DNA from: a virus
IMG/VR virus record: IMGVR_UViG_3300002056_000074
Reading direction: 5' to 3' (one strand)
DNA length: 64,000 nt
In this document: one piece after another, positions 40,910 to 48,902 of the stretch
Numbering within the stretch: position 1 is the stretch's first letter
How the letters are laid out: every line of letters starts with the position of its first letter
Made by a program: the position numbers and the translations under genes
The notes under the pieces: model-generated
Seen by the model: the letters and a program-made list of their open reading frames with translations, nothing else
What the model was told of the DNA's origin: nothing
Databases searched by the model: none

Positions 40910-41289
40910 TTCCAAACAATATCATATCTATCTAGCATATATTCGGTAAAAGACTTATTTTCACCGACCGTACATCCATACCAACCTTCCTGTTCACCAC
41001 CATGATTTCTACAATTAAACCTATAGTAAGTTTTTTTATCAGCTTCATATTCAGAACTACCAATAAATTCAGTCGTAAAATGTGACTCTAGTGAATTTCT
41101 AAGCTCTATATTACTTCGTCCAGTATGTTCGTATAATTTATATCCAACTATAATTGCACCAATTATTATGAATATAATGTACCATTTGAACATACTAAGC
41201 GCAGTAGCTATTAATAAATCTCCAGCACGATTAGCAGATAACATAATTTTATATATTAATATCTCGAAAGAAGAATCTATTATACCCAC
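40906..41289 (-). CDS. Hypothetical membrane-anchored protein
   Basis: Hydrophobic segment WYIIFIIIGAIIVG; start uncertain. Confidence 0.5.
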   Translation of the reverse strand: MGIIDSSFEILIYKIMLSANRAGDLLIATALSMFKWYIIFIIIGAIIVGYKLYEHTGRSNIELRNSLESHFTTEFIGSSEYEADKKTYYRFNCRNHGGEQEGWYGCTVGENKSFTEYMLDRYDIVWN

Positions 41290-41316
41290 CGAAATTAAAA
41301 TTAACCGTTAACTACT

Positions 41317-42930
41317 TCACAATGTTTGATATCCATCCTTCCACCACTGAGGCATGATATCTTTATTTTGTGAATATAGGTATCCAAAAGATTCATCAAG
41401 TATATAGACTCTACCTTCATCATCATCAGCCCTGACAACTCGACCACCGCCCTGAATGATCTCAATGAGAGCTTGACGTTGATACCACTCAGGAGATAGT
41501 TCCATGCGCTTCTTGATCCATGCATCACCCATGTTTCCAAAAGGAACTTTACAGAAGATAGCAAATCGGCCAAGATCATACTTCAAATCAAGACCTTCTG
41601 TGCTTGATGGAGATATCAAAATAGCAGGTGTTGTTGATTCATCCATAAATTCAGCGATTGCTTGATTTCGTGATACGCCTGATTCTGGGCCATGCTCAAT
41701 AATTCTGTGACCTTTGCAGCTCAAATTGTCAACCAACCAATCAGCGATTGCAAAATTTCCGGTATGAATAATACCATTTTCACCTTCATGCATTTCTGCC
41801 AAGGTCTCAATAGTTTTTAACATTTGAGTTTTTTGATTGTTATCTCGCCACTTATAATTCATTTTCATTTGTGGCATATAAACTACCGGTCGATTATCAG
41901 GATCAAATTCAGATTCAATTGAGATATAAGCAGCCTCATTTGGATCAATACCTAAATCTGCGCACGTTGCTTCCTTGCCCAAAAACGTGGAAGACATAAA
42001 AAGAAATTGATCAGCCATTGGTTCAATAAGTCGCTTGAATGATCTATGGGCACTGATTCGTTTGATTTGAATACCAAAATCGGAATCGATTAATACATAA
42101 TCATCTATGACATCAGATATATCAATACGCAAAAATTCCTCACAGATATTCAATTGACTTTCAACATGTTGAAGTTCACGCACCTTCTTTATTTCTTGGG
42201 CATTGTCAGATGGATTATGTTCTCTAGTTGATTCGATTTCGGTTAACAGAATATCATAGGCTTCTATTAGTGCTGGATTGTATACATCACGAATGAAATT
42301 AACAACAATTTCTAAATCACGTTGTTTAGGAAGTTCAATGTAATGATCAGAGCACCATTTCTTAGTAATATGAATCGAATCAAATCCACATAAAATAGAA
42401 TCAAGTGAATGTGCCTCATCACAAGTCATTAAATTTCTTTTCAAGATGCGATCATCTTTTTTGAACATTGATGTATATGACCAAACAGATAATCCCAATG
42501 CATAGTTCATTACTGTGTTATTGGATTTCTTGGCTGTCTCTCTAGCATCTGCATAGGGGCATGATATACATCTTGGCTTTATGATAGAACCTGTTGCACA
42601 ACTAACACCACCCTTGGATTGACATTTATAATGCGACTTACCATAAAGTGATGATAGATTTATCTTCTTGTCTGATAAAAAATCATTTTCGTATTGTTTT
42701 TGGAGAATAGTCTGAGGTGTTAATATAAACGAGTTATTTCCCATATAACGAGAGAATGTCATAGACACAGCAGATTTTCCGCACCCAACGGGAGCTTCAA
42801 CAAATAAGTATTTTTTGCGCTTATTCTTCTTCAAAAAATTCAACGCAATACATTGATTGATTCTGGGTTCATGTTGTCCTTCAAATGCCCAAAATTTTCT
42901 CATTTCTTTATCTAATTCAATATCAGACAT
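41317..42930 (-). CDS. DinG/Rad3-family DEAH helicase
   Basis: EAPVGCGKS, DEAH, Cys cluster, SST, EGLD, KVPF, QGGGRVVR..DD.G...ILD. Confidence 0.9.
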   Translation of the reverse strand: MSDIELDKEMRKFWAFEGQHEPRINQCIALNFLKKNKRKKYLFVEAPVGCGKSAVSMTFSRYMGNNSFILTPQTILQKQYENDFLSDKKINLSSLYGKSHYKCQSKGGVSCATGSIIKPRCISCPYADARETAKKSNNTVMNYALGLSVWSYTSMFKKDDRILKRNLMTCDEAHSLDSILCGFDSIHITKKWCSDHYIELPKQRDLEIVVNFIRDVYNPALIEAYDILLTEIESTREHNPSDNAQEIKKVRELQHVESQLNICEEFLRIDISDVIDDYVLIDSDFGIQIKRISAHRSFKRLIEPMADQFLFMSSTFLGKEATCADLGIDPNEAAYISIESEFDPDNRPVVYMPQMKMNYKWRDNNQKTQMLKTIETLAEMHEGENGIIHTGNFAIADWLVDNLSCKGHRIIEHGPESGVSRNQAIAEFMDESTTPAILISPSSTEGLDLKYDLGRFAIFCKVPFGNMGDAWIKKRMELSPEWYQRQALIEIIQGGGRVVRADDDEGRVYILDESFGYLYSQNKDIMPQWWKDGYQTL

Positions 42931-42958
42931 CTAAAAACTCCAACTAATTTGATATGTA

Positions 42959-42987
42959 ATTATACATGAAATAGAAAGATTGATCAA
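42959..42987 (-). promoter_or_regulatory. sigma70-type promoter of the helicase gene
   Basis: TTGATC-17 bp-TATAAT on -. Confidence 0.65.
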
Positions 42988-42988
42988 T

Positions 42989-43037
42989 ACGGAACATGAT
43001 ATTAAAAACGGAACATGATATTAAAAACGGAACATGA
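42989..43037. repeat. 19-bp tandem repeat (about 2.6 copies)
   Basis: acggaacatgatattaaaa at 42989 and 43008, partial third copy at 43027. Confidence 0.9.
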
Positions 43038-43089
43038 CTTGCACCTGAAATTGTGATGTTGATGTTTCTTGTGAGTTTCACGAACAAGT

Positions 43090-43138
43090 ACATTGCTTTT
43101 ATGAGTTGGACATATCAAACATTGCTTTTATGAGTTGG
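43090..43138. repeat. 20-bp direct repeat x2
   Basis: acattgcttttatgagttgg at 43090 and 43119. Confidence 0.9.
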
Positions 43139-43204
43139 GCTGCGCTTGCAAATCTTTCAAAACGTCTAAAAATTGTATTTTTATAGTTTCTTTTGTAGTT
43201 TTAA

Positions 43205-43564
43205 TAGTTTTGTCGCTACCTCCACCTCCGCGAAAATTTTTTATACACGCTACGCCGATCTGCATACCCGTCTTACGTGTTTTCATACCAACCTGAGTCT
43301 CCCGGTCTATACCCCACTTCGTAGCCACTTCGTGTCTCGGTATCAATGCTTAGGTGTATCAATGTGTATAATTCTCTTCTATACTCAAGAACAACACGGA
43401 AACCTGCCAACAACTAGCCACGTATTGCTCAAAGCCCTCTGCCAGCTTTCGTGGGTGGGTTTCACTGCCTATTATCAGCCTCCGCAGCGGAGTTCAATTT
43501 TATGTCTGTTGGCTGAGGTATAATCGAACGTGACTTGATATGGCATCACGCCTAACCCCAATTG
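43205..43564 (-). ncRNA. Candidate structured non-coding RNA (about 350 nt)
   Basis: GC-rich island with no credible ORF, directly after a near-consensus promoter; several helices and GNRA-type loops on -. Confidence 0.5.
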
Positions 43565-43570
43565 ATGTCG

Positions 43571-43599
43571 ATTAAATCACATAAAAATAATCATGTCAA
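43571..43599 (-). promoter_or_regulatory. Near-consensus sigma70 promoter pointing into the non-coding region
   Basis: TTGACA (43599-43594), 17 bp, TGn extension + TTTAAT (43576-43571). Confidence 0.75.
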
Positions 43600-44165
43600 C
43601 ACTTTTTTTCTATAATTTTCATATTTTCTACAAAATCGTTAATGTCATGATCTTCACGACATACACAATCCTTGAGTTGTTCTATCCTCCACATAGCAAT
43701 ATGATAACTATCACAGAGGTCATATAAGCCCTTAGACTTGAGGTAGCCAGCAGCTAGGAACTGTTCGGCTATATCGTCTGGCACAGCCGCTAACATATCT
43801 TGTTTCTTTGCCTTGCCACTACCTGTAGCAAATTTTTTGAGTTGTGTGGGTGCAACTTTAACAATCCCATCAATACCATGTTTTTCTAATAGTTTGACTT
43901 CTAATGTGTATAAAAGACCACCCAGTAATCGTGTAGCATTTCCTATACTTCCAAAACTTAATGCCTCGCATACAATTTCATCACAACCATGTTGTTCAAA
44001 TAACTCAATGATGCGGGTAGTCAATATAGACATTCTAACAACTTCACTACCATCATGTTTTGATGTTTTAATACATTCAAAATGAATCATGGATGTATTT
44101 TCGACAATGACGATACCGGAACAAGTCATACTTTGGTCTAAACATAATATTTTTTTTCTTCTCAT
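43596..44165 (-). CDS. ruvC: RuvC-like Holliday junction resolvase
   Basis: ILCLDQSMTCSG, EAL, PTQLKKFATGSG.A.K..M, DL.DS motifs; ATG at 44165. Confidence 0.85.
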   Translation of the reverse strand: MRRKKILCLDQSMTCSGIVIVENTSMIHFECIKTSKHDGSEVVRMSILTTRIIELFEQHGCDEIVCEALSFGSIGNATRLLGGLLYTLEVKLLEKHGIDGIVKVAPTQLKKFATGSGKAKKQDMLAAVPDDIAEQFLAAGYLKSKGLYDLCDSYHIAMWRIEQLKDCVCREDHDINDFVENMKIIEKKC

Positions 44166-44196
44166 GTCTGTACTTATATGAGAAAAAAACAAGCAC

Positions 44197-44240
44197 GTTA
44201 CACTAAGTAACACTAGTTTTTTAGTGTAACACTAGTGTTA
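44197..44240. repeat. Nested inverted repeats and palindrome
   Basis: gttacactaa (44197-44206) / ttagtgtaac (44221-44230), plus palindrome taacactagtgtta (44227-44240). Confidence 0.75.
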
Positions 44241-45992
44241 AATTTCTTCCAAGTCTTCAACCTCACCCACTATAGTAAAATCATCCACCATAGTAACGGT
44301 GATTGATCGAGTGAATTGACTTTTAATCTCAGCTTTATGTGAGATAACATAAAGACATATACCTTCTGCCATTCCTTTCTTTCTTACCATCTCGGTGGCT
44401 AGTAATGCACCTTCCTCATCCAATCCAGTATCTAATATCTCATCGAGTAGACATATATTAATTTGTCCATACAAGTTCTGTAATAAATCTCTAAATGCAA
44501 ATGACATAGCTAAATTGACTCGACTACGTTGCCCCGCTGATAGATTACCAAAATCTAATGCCCTACCAAATTTACTAATGGTTGCTGTCATATCATGCTT
44601 AAATTCTATAATTTGTGTCAGACCGAGTTCATCTAGATAATGATTTAATCTACCGTTTAAGAAAGGTATATTATTATTGATTAGACTTTTTCGCACAAAA
44701 CTATCTTTTTTGGTCAACAACTTTAGAACCATGTCCTGATGTTTTAATAATGTATCAAGTTCATTTATTGATTCCATGTCAAAATCGGATATATCAACGG
44801 ATAGGAGTTCATCCAATGTCTCACTATGTGGATTTTTACTTTGCATTAACGAATTTAGCTTGTCCTGATATCGTTCAATCCTAGAACTAATTTTGTATAG
44901 CGCCTCTACATTATTAACGGTGACTTCAGATTCCAATGTTGATATTTTTTCATCAATGGTATTGATGAAAGACTCTAACTCATTAATTTGTCTATCTGCC
45001 TCTTGAATTGCTGTATTAGCAAGCTTTATAATTTTTTTTGTTGACGCAATACTTTTCTTAGCATCTGACATTGCTTGTTTGCAATAAGGACAGTTTCCAT
45101 CTGACAAATGAACTAATTGATTTTCAGCCTCAGACTTTTTAGTGTTATTCTCTCGTAGAATAATTTTAAAATCTTTATATTGTGGTCTGAGTTCACGTAG
45201 CTCTTCTTTAAAGTTTTCTATCTCATCAAATATAGCAGCCTCGGCCTCAATATCTATTTCCGATAGAGTTTTTAGTTCATCTTGCAACTCAGAAATTGCT
45301 TCATCAGTATCAAGTTCCCATTGCTTTTTTCGTTTCTTAGTTGACTCCAATTGACTTTGATAACGCTCACGCTCATCTTCTAATGTAGTCAATTTTGTAG
45401 TTTGAAGTTCTTTGTTATGTTTAGTCTCTTTAATTTTTTCCTTTAATATATCTGCCTTTGTTGAAAGGGTTGTTAAGTCAAAAAGTTCTTCAATTATTGC
45501 TGTTTGACTAGCACCACTCTGCGCCTTAACCGGAAGATCCAAAAATGGTACACATGAAGCTGAAATAGCAGCAATTCGAATAAACAACTCATAGGGTATA
45601 TTAATAATACTTTCAATCAACCTATTTCCATTGGCAATACTATCCGGCGTAATATCCTTTCCATCTTTGGTGATGGTTACGTAATTATTGCCTTGGCCAG
45701 TTTTCATTTTTCTAGCCCGAAGAATTTCATATTCAATACCACCACGTTCAAATGATAATGTAGTTACCATTTCCTTATTGTTGATATTATTAATTAAGTC
45801 ATCCTTCCTTCCAATTCCATTCGATAATGGCTTATCATACAATGTATATACCAATGCATTTATAATAGAAGTTTTTCCAACTCCATTATACCCATTAATT
45901 AATGTAGTTCCGGGTTGATCGAAATTAATGACAGTTGGAATCGCACCAAAACCTAGAAAATTCTGTATTGTAAGCGTTTTAAACGTTATCAT
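44238..45992 (-). CDS. gp46: Recombination endonuclease ATPase subunit (gp46/Rad50/SbcC)
   Basis: G.NGVGKTS, CPYC zinc hook, LSAGQ signature, LDE.LD, VISH. Confidence 0.95.
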   Translation of the reverse strand: MITFKTLTIQNFLGFGAIPTVINFDQPGTTLINGYNGVGKTSIINALVYTLYDKPLSNGIGRKDDLINNINNKEMVTTLSFERGGIEYEILRARKMKTGQGNNYVTITKDGKDITPDSIANGNRLIESIINIPYELFIRIAAISASCVPFLDLPVKAQSGASQTAIIEELFDLTTLSTKADILKEKIKETKHNKELQTTKLTTLEDERERYQSQLESTKKRKKQWELDTDEAISELQDELKTLSEIDIEAEAAIFDEIENFKEELRELRPQYKDFKIILRENNTKKSEAENQLVHLSDGNCPYCKQAMSDAKKSIASTKKIIKLANTAIQEADRQINELESFINTIDEKISTLESEVTVNNVEALYKISSRIERYQDKLNSLMQSKNPHSETLDELLSVDISDFDMESINELDTLLKHQDMVLKLLTKKDSFVRKSLINNNIPFLNGRLNHYLDELGLTQIIEFKHDMTATISKFGRALDFGNLSAGQRSRVNLAMSFAFRDLLQNLYGQINICLLDEILDTGLDEEGALLATEMVRKKGMAEGICLYVISHKAEIKSQFTRSITVTMVDDFTIVGEVEDLEEI

Positions 45993-47069
45993 TTAAGATA
46001 CCAAATCATTGTATATGGAAACCAACATATCATTGTTAATATGTTCACTATCAATTTTTTTGAACATATCAACTACTAAATTATCAACTGTATCAATATC
46101 TTCCGTTGATTTTTGTAATGGCGCTGTGGTAATTATTTCATTTACTTCTGCTGATTCTCGTAGTTCAAATCTTCGTGGATTGTAAGTCGTCATTACATGG
46201 CGCTGCATATCAGCACTATCTTCATAATTCAACGGGATGTCAGCTACACATTTAACGTATGTCCTATCATCAATTTCAACTTCACCGTCAATAATGTCTG
46301 ATATTGTGGTGTATATATACTTCGGCCCATCTTCCCAGTTAAAGAAGAAGAGTTCTTTTGTTGTAAAATCATAAGTAGCGTAACCACGATCAACATCCCC
46401 TTCATCTCCAAAACTGGTGGGAAATGGGTTTCCCATGTAGACAATATTTTTATTCTTTCTTGTTTGGCGCTTATGAAAATGACCAGATACAATCAATTCT
46501 GGCTGTTGAAATAAATCGGGATCAGCACCACCAATCATTTCGGTGCCATGACCAGTGACAATATATCCATTGAATTCGAAATGACCAAACCAGACGGGCA
46601 CTGAATTATATTGCACTAAATCGGCATATTCGTGATGCATAAGAAATGGACAGAATAGAACATTCTGTCCCCCTTTATATGAATTTTTCAACACTTCAGG
46701 ATTTTCAATCAAGTGAACATTTTCAAATTGTTCAACCCAATGAAGTGAGTGAATTTCCCTAGAGTTTCTTTTATATAAATCATGGTTGCCTAATATGACA
46801 TATATGGGGAGTCCCAAATCGTTTAATTTTTTGAAGCCAATATATGCGTATCGCAATGTCTCTAAATTAATAGATGTTCTATTTTGGTTCCAATCACCCA
46901 AGAATCCAATTGAATCAATTTCGGGATCAGCCTTGACTTCCTTGATAAAAAAATCTATAAAATTATCACAGAAAGTATTGTGTATAATACTCTCTTCTTT
47001 TTTTGCATCCGCACAACCATAATGTATGTCTGTGAAGAATGCCATTTTTTTAGATTTGAATTTGGTCAT
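45993..47069 (-). CDS. gp47: Recombination endonuclease nuclease subunit (gp47/Mre11/SbcD)
   Basis: DIH, GD, GNHD, GHFE, SGHFH metallophosphoesterase motifs. Confidence 0.95.
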   Translation of the reverse strand: MTKFKSKKMAFFTDIHYGCADAKKEESIIHNTFCDNFIDFFIKEVKADPEIDSIGFLGDWNQNRTSINLETLRYAYIGFKKLNDLGLPIYVILGNHDLYKRNSREIHSLHWVEQFENVHLIENPEVLKNSYKGGQNVLFCPFLMHHEYADLVQYNSVPVWFGHFEFNGYIVTGHGTEMIGGADPDLFQQPELIVSGHFHKRQTRKNKNIVYMGNPFPTSFGDEGDVDRGYATYDFTTKELFFFNWEDGPKYIYTTISDIIDGEVEIDDRTYVKCVADIPLNYEDSADMQRHVMTTYNPRRFELRESAEVNEIITTAPLQKSTEDIDTVDNLVVDMFKKIDSEHINNDMLVSIYNDLVS

Positions 47070-47076
47070 AGTGACA

Positions 47077-47106
47077 ATTATATCACAAATTATTAAACCA
47101 TATCAA
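47077..47106 (-). promoter_or_regulatory. sigma70-type promoter of gp47
   Basis: TTGATA-18 bp-TATAAT with TGn extension, 7 nt before the ATG. Confidence 0.6.
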
Positions 47107-47726
47107 TCAACTTCATTTTCGTTTATATGAACAACATCATCAGAATTTTTTTCTTTAATTTCTTCTGCTAAATTTGCTGCATATTCTTCCTGATACGCAT
47201 AAGACGGTAATCTACCATTTTTAATGGTTATCTCATCTTTAATATTTCTTTGACGCTTTTCCTGTTTAATAAATTGCACCATACTCCGAGAGATGCAAGT
47301 TGTGTAATAACTGAAGGGATTATCACTTTTTTCTGGATCAAAACGAATCCACGTACTCATTAAAGTGGTTAATGCATAACTTCGCATATCATCAATGTAA
47401 GTATAGCCACTAAAATTACTCTTTTGGCTAATGCGTTGTGTTAATAATAATAACATGTGTGCCAATTTATCTGACATTTTTCCCTGTTCTTTACTAAGCC
47501 TAAATTCCTTAAGCAACTCCTTATTCGACAGGTAATTAACACGTTTTCTACGTTTCCCCTCCATCTCAGCCTCTTTTTCAGCAGTCAGTGGTTGCTGTTT
47601 AACAATTTCAATATCACTATATGGTCCCTCAGTCATCTTGGTGCTCAACAATTCTTTAGTCTCTGCATCATATTTGTGATATCTTGATAATGGTTTATCT
47701 AACCATTGAATTCGATTCTTCGCCAT
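47103..47726 (-). CDS. gp55: Late transcription sigma factor (gp55-like)
   Basis: YLSNKELL, SNFSGYTY.DDM, FDPEKS.NPFSY.T, IKQEKRQ..IK. Confidence 0.92.
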   Translation of the reverse strand: MAKNRIQWLDKPLSRYHKYDAETKELLSTKMTEGPYSDIEIVKQQPLTAEKEAEMEGKRRKRVNYLSNKELLKEFRLSKEQGKMSDKLAHMLLLLTQRISQKSNFSGYTYIDDMRSYALTTLMSTWIRFDPEKSDNPFSYYTTCISRSMVQFIKQEKRQRNIKDEITIKNGRLPSYAYQEEYAANLAEEIKEKNSDDVVHINENEVD

Positions 47727-47747
47727 ATTAATATCCTCCGTTAATTA

Positions 47748-47776
47748 ATTATATATTAATTATTAAAAAGTTGCAA
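47748..47776 (-). promoter_or_regulatory. sigma70-type promoter of gp55
   Basis: TTGCAA-17 bp-TATAAT; GGAGG RBS downstream. Confidence 0.65.
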
Positions 47777-47799
47777 TTTTTTTTTAATTACAAAGAAAA

Positions 47800-47805
47800 T
47801 AAATA
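47800..47805 (+). promoter_or_regulatory. gp55-type late promoter core TAAATA for the baseplate operon (representative of about 20 sites)
   Basis: TAAATA upstream of 47836; the same core, in the coding orientation, precedes most structural genes. Confidence 0.65.
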
Positions 47806-47835
47806 GAATGAAGTCTCTGATTCTTTTAGGTAAAC

Positions 47836-48534
47836 ATGTCAACCAATTTCAAGGTACGCTTAAATGCTGCCAATATCACAAACGTACAAGAACGTCGATT
47901 TCAAACAGTTTCGTTTGATGTATCACCTGATCTCAATGAACAGAGAACCGTTACCTACGATTCTGTAGATCCTACTCACGCACCCGGACAGTTTATGATT
48001 TATAAAAAAACTGCTGCCCGTCGATTTCAATTAACTCAAGTACGATTAATATCTAGAACTCGAAGAGAGGCATCTTTAAATCTTGCTATTCTATGGATAT
48101 TAAGAGGTTGGACTATGCCAAATTTTGGCACTGAGACAGGAGGGGCACGAAATAATCCAGATATTAAAAAAGATAACTCTCCCTATAATAGTGATAAATT
48201 ACGACAAATAATTGATTCGGTAAATGGTCGAAATAGAGCGAAGAGTTTTTTGGGTGCTCCACCAGCCGTATTAGAGCTTTCGGCATATTCAAGATTTGGT
48301 GCAAATGACGGTATTCATAGCTTAGGTCATATCAGAAGGGTTCCGGTTGTTATTGAATCATTGGGAATATTCTACCCATCAGATGTTGATTACGTACCAA
48401 CAGAGGATGAATTTCCTACTCCAATGCCAACAGTAATGAATATTGATATTTCATTAACAGAGGCCCAATCACCATTAGATATGGCTAGATTTAGTTTGGA
48501 CCAATATAGACGTGGTGAATTAACAGGATATTAA
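47836..48534 (+). CDS. Baseplate/tube initiator protein (gp48-like)
   Basis: GAPP.VL.LS.Y, VPVVI.SL...YP.DVDY, P..M.I.ISL.E motifs; first gene of the baseplate operon. Confidence 0.65.
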   Translation: MSTNFKVRLNAANITNVQERRFQTVSFDVSPDLNEQRTVTYDSVDPTHAPGQFMIYKKTAARRFQLTQVRLISRTRREASLNLAILWILRGWTMPNFGTETGGARNNPDIKKDNSPYNSDKLRQIIDSVNGRNRAKSFLGAPPAVLELSAYSRFGANDGIHSLGHIRRVPVVIESLGIFYPSDVDYVPTEDEFPTPMPTVMNIDISLTEAQSPLDMARFSLDQYRRGELTGY

Positions 48535-48536
48535 TT

Positions 48537-48902
48537 ATGCAATTATCAGAATCCACATCACTCAATAATGTTATTAAGGGGACCAATAGATACACCCAAG
48601 GCGGCTTATCTGACTATTATGATGTTCGTGTGGGTTGGTGGGAACGTAATGTATTTGAGAGAGATGCTACCGATATTATTTTTTATGTTGATAACAATAA
48701 CGAATTTCGTCCTGACCTTATTTCTTATGCTGTCTATAATTCACCAAGATATACTTGGCTTGTCTTACAGTACAATAATATCGTAGATATTAATGAGGAA
48801 TTAGTTAATGGTACTCGTCTTTTACTACCTTCTACTGGAAGACTAACTAATAGTATATTAACAAATCCAATCATTGGCAAAAAAATAGAAAGTAATGTCT
48901 AA
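48537..48902 (+). CDS. gp53: Baseplate wedge protein (gp53/LysM-like)
   Basis: RPDLISY.VY....W.VL.YN.I.D.....G..L.LP. Confidence 0.8.
   Translation: MQLSESTSLNNVIKGTNRYTQGGLSDYYDVRVGWWERNVFERDATDIIFYVDNNNEFRPDLISYAVYNSPRYTWLVLQYNNIVDINEELVNGTRLLLPSTGRLTNSILTNPIIGKKIESNV

Noticed and set aside
42989-43138. Mini-CRISPR array
   Set aside because: The 19-bp repeats are head-to-tail with no spacers, the 20-bp pair has only a 9-bp gap, and no cas genes are present.
43128-43523. ORFs 43128..43346 (-) and 43173..43523 (+)
   Set aside because: No clear RBS, atypical composition and no motifs; the region is better explained as structured non-coding sequence, though a short peptide cannot be excluded.
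43205-43564. tmRNA, tRNA or RNase P identity (GGGG near the 5' end, GUUCGA-like motif)
   Set aside because: No matching acceptor stem or CCA end, no tag-peptide ORF and no GAGGAAAGUCC motif; the T-loop-like sequence is in the wrong position.
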